This document shows, piece after piece, positions 55,079 to 64,000 of a DNA stretch of 64,000 nucleotides. The DNA lies in NCBI GenBank assembly GCA_029288725.1, contig JARIGS010000023.1, forward strand, positions 20,582 through 84,581. The letters run 5' to 3'. Position numbers and translations under genes: made by a program. Below the pieces are notes generated by a model. That model did not search any database and had not been told where the DNA came from. It saw only the letters and a program-made list of their open reading frames with translations. Source of the DNA: Candidatus Nomurabacteria bacterium (lineage in GTDB: Bacteria > Patescibacteriota > Minisyncoccia > Phycocordibacterales > UBA9973). Every line of letters starts with the position of its first letter. Position 1 is the stretch's first letter.

Positions 55079-56143
55079 ATGGACTATAAGAAGACGTTTG
55101 AAGCATTGCTCGATATTTTGATACATGAAGGGGGATCTGACCTGCATATTTCTGCAGGGCGTTCGCCGGCGGTGCGCGTGAATGGTGAGTTGGTATTTTT
55201 ATTAAACCAACCAGCACTGACTCAGGAAGATGTTGGCGGCATTTTGAAAGCCATTCTTTCCGACAAGAACTTTACCCGTTTTGCGGAAAAGGAGGAAGTT
55301 GATTTCTCATACGGATATCAGGATAACAAATACCGTCTGCGCGGCAATGCATTTATTCAGCAGTCCAAGATCGGTATTGCATTGCGTCTCATTCCCGAAG
55401 TCCAGACATTTGAAGCACTGCGCCTGCCACCAATATTGGCAGAGTTTGCCCGCAAGCGACAAGGATTCTTTTTGGTCGTTGGTCCAGTGGGGCAAGGAAA
55501 GTCTGCAACGATGGCATCAATGGTTCGACAGATCAATGAGGAACGCACCGCTCATATCCTCACCATTGAGGATCCGGTGGAATATACCTATCCAGAAGGG
55601 AAGTCCATCATCGATCAGCGTGAAGTCGGCATTGATACTGCGGACTTTGCAGGGGCACTTACGCATGCCTTGCGTCAGGACGTAAACGTTATCTTGATCG
55701 GTGAAATGCGCGACCCGGAAACTATTGCAACTGCGGTAACGGCAGCAGAAACTGGACACCTAGTCCTTTCAACATTGCACACCAACAATGCCTCACAGAC
55801 CGTCGATCGTATCATCGACTCATTTCCCGCCAATCAGCAGGATCAGATTCGCATTCAGCTTGCCTCATCATTGCTCGGCGTTTTCTCTCAGCGTCTTATC
55901 CCTCGCATTGCCGGTGGTCGTGTTCCCGCATATGAATTGCTTATCAACAATAATGCCGTGGCAAACCTCATTCGTGACAAGCGTACGCACGAAATCGACA
56001 TGGTGATCGAGACCGGTTCAGAACAGGGGATGATCGACATGAATCGCTCATTGGTAGAGTTAGTGCGTCAGGGAGAAATCACCGTTGAGAATGCCTATGC
56101 CTATGCTATTAATCCAAAGAGCCTGGAACGCTTGATGCAATAA
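55079..56143 (+). CDS. pilT: Twitching-motility / pilus retraction ATPase PilT
   Basis: LVVGPVGQGKSAT Walker A. ILIGEMRD. TGHLVLSTLHTN His box. 354 aa. Confidence 0.9.
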   Translation: MDYKKTFEALLDILIHEGGSDLHISAGRSPAVRVNGELVFLLNQPALTQEDVGGILKAILSDKNFTRFAEKEEVDFSYGYQDNKYRLRGNAFIQQSKIGIALRLIPEVQTFEALRLPPILAEFARKRQGFFLVVGPVGQGKSATMASMVRQINEERTAHILTIEDPVEYTYPEGKSIIDQREVGIDTADFAGALTHALRQDVNVILIGEMRDPETIATAVTAAETGHLVLSTLHTNNASQTVDRIIDSFPANQQDQIRIQLASSLLGVFSQRLIPRIAGGRVPAYELLINNNAVANLIRDKRTHEIDMVIETGSEQGMIDMNRSLVELVRQGEITVENAYAYAINPKSLERLMQ

Positions 56144-56144
56144 T

Positions 56145-57350
56145 ATGAACTACGTCTACAAGGCCATTACCGATAAGGGTGAAAAGCGCGAAGGAACGAT
56201 TGAGGCAGTCAATCAGGAGCTGGCAATCAGCGGGCTGCAGCGTCGCGGCTTGATCGTGACCTCCATTCAGAGCGAGGAAGCGTCAAAGAAGTGGTTTGAA
56301 ATCACCCTGTTTGAAAGAGTGCCGATGAAGGATGTGGTGATCCTGTCACGACAAATGTCCACGTTGTTCGAGGCTCAGGTTTCTGCATTGAAAGCCTTTA
56401 CCCTGCTTGCGGAAAATACCGAGAACAAACTGCTCGCTCGCAAGCTCAATACCATTGCTTCTGATCTCCAAGCCGGCTCATCAATTGCCGGGGCATTGGC
56501 CAAGCAGAACGATGTCTTCTCTGATTTTTATGTGAACATGGTCAAGGCCGGTGAAGAGTCAGGAAAGCTCACTCAGGTCCTCGCCTTTTTGGCAGACTAC
56601 CTTGATCGCCAATATGCCCTGACGACCAAGACCAAGAATGCACTGGTCTATCCGGCATTCGTGATCGGCGTCTTCTTTGTCGTGATGATCCTGATGTTTA
56701 CCGTTATTGTGCCGAAACTGTCTGACATTATTATTCAGTCTGGTCAGGATATTCCGGTCTATACCAAAGTGGTCTTCGCCATCAGTAATTTCTTTGTGAA
56801 TTACGGCGTATTCATGCTGATTTTCCTTGCTGTGTTTGTGGCATACATCGTATACCTGTCTCGCACTGCCAAGGGCAAGAAAGTTATCGATGACATTAAG
56901 TTCGGCTTGCCACTATTTGGTAACCTTTACCGCAAGCTCTACCTTGCCCGCATTGCCGACAACATGGACACGATGCTGTCATCCGGTATTCCCATTGTTC
57001 GCGCCATAGAAATCACCGCTCAAGTGGTGGGGAATAAGCGCTATCAGGCAATTTTGATCCAAACGATGGAAGGCGTGAAGGCTGGTAAGTCATTCTCTAC
57101 TGCGCTCGGCGAGCATGATGACATTCCAAAGCTGATGTCACAGATCATCCGTGTTGGGGAGGAAACCGGTTCCGTCGGTGCGATCTTGAAAATGCTGGCA
57201 AAGTTTTATAACCGTGAGGTTGATCAGGCCATTGATACCTTGGTTGGTTTGATCGAACCGTTTATGATCGTCTTTCTTGGTTTGGGTGTCGGTATTCTCC
57301 TTGTTTCAGTCTTGGTGCCGATTTATAACATTGCGGGCGGTATTCAGTAG
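56145..57350 (+). CDS. pilC: Type IV pilus platform protein PilC (GspF family)
   Basis: Two GspF repeats, three TM segments. Translationally coupled to pilT. Confidence 0.9.
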   Translation: MNYVYKAITDKGEKREGTIEAVNQELAISGLQRRGLIVTSIQSEEASKKWFEITLFERVPMKDVVILSRQMSTLFEAQVSALKAFTLLAENTENKLLARKLNTIASDLQAGSSIAGALAKQNDVFSDFYVNMVKAGEESGKLTQVLAFLADYLDRQYALTTKTKNALVYPAFVIGVFFVVMILMFTVIVPKLSDIIIQSGQDIPVYTKVVFAISNFFVNYGVFMLIFLAVFVAYIVYLSRTAKGKKVIDDIKFGLPLFGNLYRKLYLARIADNMDTMLSSGIPIVRAIEITAQVVGNKRYQAILIQTMEGVKAGKSFSTALGEHDDIPKLMSQIIRVGEETGSVGAILKMLAKFYNREVDQAIDTLVGLIEPFMIVFLGLGVGILLVSVLVPIYNIAGGIQ

Positions 57351-57421
57351 GTGGTACAATCATAGTGTTACATGCAAGTGTAATAATCGATTATTATTAG
57401 TGTGCAACTCTTAGAACATAT

Positions 57422-57889
57422 ATGAAAAAAGCTTTTAATAAAGGTTTCACCTTGATTGAATTGCTGGTGGTGATTGCCATCATCGGTATTCTCGCATCAG
57501 TGATTCTCGCTTCACTTAACTCAGCGCGTGCAAAAGGTACCGACGCTGCTTCAAAGGCCGACATCGACAATGCTCGTGCACAGGCGGAACTGTACTATGA
57601 CAGTAATAGTAGTTCCTATGCTGGTGTATGTACCGCTGCAGGCAGCGCTACTCCGGGTGGCATCAATACCATGGTGACCGATGCGGCTTCAAAGAGCGGT
57701 ACAACATTGGTTACCACGCTTGCAACTGCCGGTTCTGCAACCACGACCGTATGCCATGACCAGGCCGATGGCTGGGCAGCGGAAGTGCCGTTGAAATCCG
57801 TAGCGAACAGCTACTTCTGTGCTGACAATACTGGTGTATCAAAAGTCACCACCAATGTCTTGGCAGCAAGTGCCGTTACGTGTAGCTAA
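57422..57889 (+). CDS. pilA: Type IV pilin (MKKAFNKG/FTLIELLVVIAIIGILA)
   Basis: Prepilin motif. N-terminus nearly identical to the pilin at 43850. Confidence 0.8.
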   Translation: MKKAFNKGFTLIELLVVIAIIGILASVILASLNSARAKGTDAASKADIDNARAQAELYYDSNSSSYAGVCTAAGSATPGGINTMVTDAASKSGTTLVTTLATAGSATTTVCHDQADGWAAEVPLKSVANSYFCADNTGVSKVTTNVLAASAVTCS

Positions 57890-57902
57890 TACGTAGCTAT
57901 CG

Positions 57903-57940
57903 AACAGCCCGCCACCCCGTAGGGGTGGCGGGCTGTTTTC
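57903..57940 (+). terminator. Rho-independent terminator after the pilin gene
   Basis: ACAGCCCGCCACCCC-GTA-GGGGTGGCGGGCTGT + TTTC. Confidence 0.8.
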
Positions 57941-57980
57941 ATCTATTTTATTTACCGTCCATACTTGCTACAATATATGC

Positions 57981-58772
57981 ATGGTTTTTCTACCGTTGTT
58001 CGTATTTATCTTCGGCCTTATCATCGGGAGTTTCCTCAATGTCGTTATCCTTCGTCTGAATACTGGTCGCAGCATTGCTACCGGCCGCTCAGCTTGTGCG
58101 CGCTGCAGTGCGCCATTGTCATGGTATGAGCTCATTCCGGTTTTTTCATTCTTAGGATTGCGAGGGAAGTGCAAGACCTGCAGCAAGCCAATCTCATTCC
58201 AGTACCCACTAGTGGAACTGCTTACTGCCATTGTCTTCATGTTCATTTATACCAGTGTCATCGCTACCTATGGTCTTAGCATCATCGCATTAGCGATCGG
58301 TATTTTTTCTGCTATCGTTGCATCACTGTTGCTCGTGATTTTTGTCTACGATATTCGCCACACCATCATCCCTGACTTGTTGGTCTATCTCTTCATCATT
58401 GCCTCACTGATCGCCATTCTTTGGCAGACCTTTACCGTATCCGGCTTCAATCCCGGCATTGCAATCGTCAACGGCGTATTGGTTGCACTACCTTTCTTCC
58501 TACTCTGGTATTTCTCGAAAGGGAAGTTCATGGGATTTGGTGACGTAAAGCTTGCCATCGGTATGGGCTGGCTGCTCGGCTTAACAGGAGGGGTAAGTGC
58601 AGTGCTGTTTGCATTTTGGATCGGCGGCATTGTCGGCTTGTTCCTTCTTGCATTGACTCGTCGCTATTCAATGCGTTCACAGATACCGTTTGCCCCGTTT
58701 CTTATTGCCGGAACATTCATTGTCGGTGTCTGGGGCGTGACAGTATTTTCTCTTTTTCAATTATGGCAATAG
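57981..58772 (+). CDS. pilD: Prepilin peptidase (A24 family) PilD
   Basis: N-terminal CARC...CKTC zinc finger. Catalytic Asp-containing DIRHTIIPD and GFGDVKL motifs. Confidence 0.88.
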   Translation: MVFLPLFVFIFGLIIGSFLNVVILRLNTGRSIATGRSACARCSAPLSWYELIPVFSFLGLRGKCKTCSKPISFQYPLVELLTAIVFMFIYTSVIATYGLSIIALAIGIFSAIVASLLLVIFVYDIRHTIIPDLLVYLFIIASLIAILWQTFTVSGFNPGIAIVNGVLVALPFFLLWYFSKGKFMGFGDVKLAIGMGWLLGLTGGVSAVLFAFWIGGIVGLFLLALTRRYSMRSQIPFAPFLIAGTFIVGVWGVTVFSLFQLWQ

Positions 58773-59473
58773 TAGACAAACATCCCTCCTTCGCATCTCG
58801 CTTTACTCGACGCTACGGCGCGGCGAGGGGCTTTACGCTCGTGGAAATGCTTGTCGTGGTCGCAATCTTTGCCGTCGTAGCAACTATTCTGCTTTTTAAT
58901 TACTCTGACTTCAGTACCAGTATCGGTGTCCGCAATCTGGCTGAAGAGATTGGTCTCAGTACTCGTAAGGCTCAGACCTATGCAACCGGTGTTCGTGTCA
59001 TCAGTGGTACAAATGGATTGTACAGTGACATGTTCCCGGCCTATGGCGTCACTTTCTCCGTTAATGCCAACGCGGCCACAACCTACGATCCAACCATTAA
59101 TAACTTCGCATTGTTTGCCGACGTTGCGCCTAACAATGACCGTGTCACCAACAATACTTATGACAACAACGGCACGTGTGGCGTACCTGATGTTGGACAG
59201 GAATGCGTTGAGAACTTTGCTTTCACCGGACAGGATACTATTGCCTCACTATGTACTGATGTGCCGACAGCGAACACCTGCATGACGCCGGCCAATGGTG
59301 GGGGAACGGTGAACGTGGTCTTTCACCGTCCAAATCCGGATGCCGTGATCTGCGTCAGCGGGGTAAACTGCGCAACTCGCCAGGCATCGTACGTGAAGGT
59401 GACGGTCCAGTCACCGAAGGGTGCACAGCGTATTATTACTATTTGGAATACTGGTCAGATAAGCGTCAATTAA
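58763..59473 (+). CDS. Minor pilin with unusually long 23-aa prepeptide
   Basis: MAIVDKHPSFASRFTRRYGAARG/FTLVEMLVVVAIFAVV. The leader contains a GC-rich repeat copy. Cys-rich C-terminal domain. The ORF is open from 58616. Confidence 0.7.
   Translation: MAIVDKHPSFASRFTRRYGAARGFTLVEMLVVVAIFAVVATILLFNYSDFSTSIGVRNLAEEIGLSTRKAQTYATGVRVISGTNGLYSDMFPAYGVTFSVNANAATTYDPTINNFALFADVAPNNDRVTNNTYDNNGTCGVPDVGQECVENFAFTGQDTIASLCTDVPTANTCMTPANGGGTVNVVFHRPNPDAVICVSGVNCATRQASYVKVTVQSPKGAQRIITIWNTGQISVN
58785..58831. repeat. GC-rich hairpin-repeat family copy inside the minor-pilin leader peptide coding region
   Basis: CCCTCCTTCGC-ATCTCGCTTTACTC-GACGCTACGGCGCGGCGAGGGGC encodes ...SFASRFTRRYGAARG. Confidence 0.55.
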
Positions 59474-59474
59474 T

Positions 59475-60089
59475 ATGAAATCCACCTTCGTAAAAAACTA
59501 TGGCGAGACGAGGCAGGCAGGCTTTACCCTGGTAGAACTGTTGGTCTCACTGGCATTGTTCAGTGTGGTGCTGACCGCTGCTATTGGTTCGCTATATACC
59601 GTGAATCAGGCATCAGTGCGCGTTAATGCAATGCGTACCGTTCTCGATAACTTGAATTTTGCCACTGAGGCAATGAGTCGCACCATTCGCACCGGACAAA
59701 ACATTGTTTGTGGCGGTGTGGATAATCAAACCGGGGCGCCCAACTGTCCATTCGGAAATTCAAACGGTGCCGGTACTGCCATCTCGCTCGACAGTACGAT
59801 CGATGGCCAGACTGTTGAATATCGCTGGCGCACTGATACGACGACCGGTAACGGCGTCATACAGAAATGCACTGTTGAGAATGGCAGTGTCAGCGACGAC
59901 AAGTGCGTGGCCCTGACCGCACCGGAAATCAATGTCCAGCGCGCAAGCTTCTATGTTGATGGAGCGGATGCTACCGATACCAAGCAGCCAGGTGTTATGA
60001 TGATGATTGAGGGTACCGCCACTGCCGGTCCTGACAATATTGAACCGTTTGATATACAAACGTATGTATCGCAGCGCGCAGGAGAATAA
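59475..60089 (+). CDS. Minor pilin / pseudopilin
   Basis: MKSTFVKNYGETRQAG/FTLVELLVSLALFSVV prepilin motif. Confidence 0.7.
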   Translation: MKSTFVKNYGETRQAGFTLVELLVSLALFSVVLTAAIGSLYTVNQASVRVNAMRTVLDNLNFATEAMSRTIRTGQNIVCGGVDNQTGAPNCPFGNSNGAGTAISLDSTIDGQTVEYRWRTDTTTGNGVIQKCTVENGSVSDDKCVALTAPEINVQRASFYVDGADATDTKQPGVMMMIEGTATAGPDNIEPFDIQTYVSQRAGE

Positions 60090-60090
60090 T

Positions 60091-60651
60091 ATGAATAACC
60101 ACCATTCACAATCTGGCTTTACTTTAATCGAGACTCTCATCGCTATCTTTATTCTGACCATGACCATTGGCGGGCTGCTTACTCTTGCGGCAAATGGTTA
60201 TTTCTCCGTTCGCTATGCCCGCAATCAGATTACGGCCAACAATCTTCTTCAGGAATCATTGGAGTATGTTCGCAATAACCGTGATACGAGCTTGCAGCAG
60301 GGAGGTGATTGGAATCAGTGGGTGAATGGTTTGCAGGCTGCCGGCTGCATGAGCACCAATGGTTGTACCGTTGATGCCTACAGTACCGCTTCTCCTATTC
60401 GGGCATGTGGCAATACTTGTGAAGCTATGACGTTTTATCCTGATAACGGTCTCTATGGATATGCCGACGCGTCGTACCCTTCAACCGTTCAGCCGATTAA
60501 GCCCCCTTATCTCACGACCTATACTCGCGCCATTACCATTCAGGAAAATACGCCGGACGAACTGACCGTGACCTCAACGATGCACTGGATGAATGGCAAT
60601 GCAAAGCAGACATTGACCCAGTCAGTCGTCATCACTAATTGGCATCTATAA
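60091..60651 (+). CDS. Minor pilin (PilV-like)
   Basis: MNNHHSQSG/FTLIETLIAIFILTM prepilin motif. The ORF is open from 60007. Confidence 0.7.
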   Translation: MNNHHSQSGFTLIETLIAIFILTMTIGGLLTLAANGYFSVRYARNQITANNLLQESLEYVRNNRDTSLQQGGDWNQWVNGLQAAGCMSTNGCTVDAYSTASPIRACGNTCEAMTFYPDNGLYGYADASYPSTVQPIKPPYLTTYTRAITIQENTPDELTVTSTMHWMNGNAKQTLTQSVVITNWHL

Positions 60652-60652
60652 T

Positions 60653-63201
<2,549 letters not shown>

Positions 63202-63209
63202 TGTGGGGT

Positions 63210-63497
63210 ATGAGTAAAACGCTTACGGTAGAGGAGACAAAACGATTGGCAACATTGGCGCGATTGACGGTGCCAGAAGGGGAATTGGAAGCGGTATCGC
63301 AGGATATTGCCAACATTTTAGGTTTTGTCGATACTATTCAGTCTGTGCAGCTGGGCGACCAGGCTGCTGACAGTAGCAACCTTACCAATGTCTTTCGTGA
63401 GGATGCTGTCCATCCACTGGCAGCAGCTCATGATCTGATCGAGGTAGCCCCATTGCATCAGGATCATTTTGTAAAGGTACCAAAGGTTATTGAGTAG
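63210..63497 (+). CDS. gatC: Asp/Glu-tRNA amidotransferase subunit C
   Basis: [46 protein letters not shown]. The ORF opens at GTG 63201. Confidence 0.85.
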   Translation: MSKTLTVEETKRLATLARLTVPEGELEAVSQDIANILGFVDTIQSVQLGDQAADSSNLTNVFREDAVHPLAAAHDLIEVAPLHQDHFVKVPKVIE

Positions 63498-63501
63498 TCA
63501 T

Positions 63502-64000
63502 ATGGAATATCCCACTATCGAACAATTGCATACGAAGCTTATCAATAAGGAGATCACTGTTGCTGATCTTGTCGCTGAATACGTTGATCGTGCCAAGGCC
63601 AGTGACCTGAATGCCTTTCGGGAAATCTTTGCTGATACAGACATTGCCGCACAGGTAGCAGTAGCGGAGGCGATGTTTCAGCAGGGTACTGCAACAGTCC
63701 TAACCGGTATGCCCATTGCCCTGAAGGACAACATCCTCTTTGGCGGGCATGTCGTCAGTGGCAGTTCAAAAATGCTGGAACACTATACTGCCAGCTACGA
63801 TGCGACCGTGGTGGCAAAGATGAAAGAGGCCGGTGCAGTCATCATTGGCCGCACGAACATGGATGAATTTGCCATGGGATCCTCAACGGAAAATTCAGCC
63901 TATGGTCCGACCAAAAATCCTCACGATACCAGCAAGGTCCCCGGCGGTTCTTCTGGCGGCTCTGCTGCAGCAGTAGCTGCAGGACTTTGTGTTGCGGCAT
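63502..64000 (+). CDS. gatA: Asp/Glu-tRNA amidotransferase subunit A (N-terminal part; continues beyond window)
   Basis: Amidase signature region [10 protein letters not shown] and [14 protein letters not shown]. Confidence 0.9.
   Translation, partial: MEYPTIEQLHTKLINKEITVADLVAEYVDRAKASDLNAFREIFADTDIAAQVAVAEAMFQQGTATVLTGMPIALKDNILFGGHVVSGSSKMLEHYTASYDATVVAKMKEAGAVIIGRTNMDEFAMGSSTENSAYGPTKNPHDTSKVPGGSSGGSAAAVAAGLCVAA

Overview
This 64-kb window comes from a small-genome bacterium that looks like a Candidate Phyla Radiation / Patescibacteria organism. The signatures are: rpmD (L30) is absent between rpsE and rplO; the type IV pilus locus has no secretin; pilin prepeptides are unusually long; and there are many DUF-type secreted proteins. 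The backbone runs as follows. A partial Fe/Mn superoxide dismutase sits at the 5' edge, then a ComEC-type MBL protein, a DinJ-YafQ remnant, rpmB and a site-2 protease. The ribosomal str-S10-spc cluster follows (rpsL-rpsG-fusA-tuf-rpsJ ... rplO-secY-adk-map) and is repeatedly interrupted. After it come infC-rpmI-rplT on the minus strand, truB, smpB-tmRNA, ftsH, a bifunctional peptidoglycan hydrolase, tRNA-Ile(UAU), recG, an RRM protein and two tRNA-Ser genes. The remainder is a competence / type IV pilus block (radC, comF, pilM-N-O, pilB, pilT, pilC, pilA, pilD, four minor pilins), ligA and gatC-gatA. Core genes are about 48-50% GC and are punctuated by AT-rich islets of roughly 33% GC. The most interesting observations are these. 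(1) Two tandem FadL/PorV-like beta-barrel genes plus dgkA are inserted between rplB and rpsS in an organism that otherwise looks monoderm. (2) A dispersed family of short GC-rich hairpin repeats (words GCTACGGCG and GCGAAGGCGG) has at least 8 copies; several sit in-frame inside truB, the amidase, ligA and a minor-pilin leader, and one abuts a tRNA-Ser 3' end. (3) Two paralogous MazF/PemK-like genes have no antitoxin; one lies between rpsJ and rplC and the other is frameshifted at a T8 run. (4) A tRNA-Ser has an apparent ACU anticodon, and it lies next to GIY-YIG and SET-domain genes. (5) A 50-nt element is duplicated in the leaders of small membrane-protein genes. All calls rest on motif recognition by eye; no database search was run.
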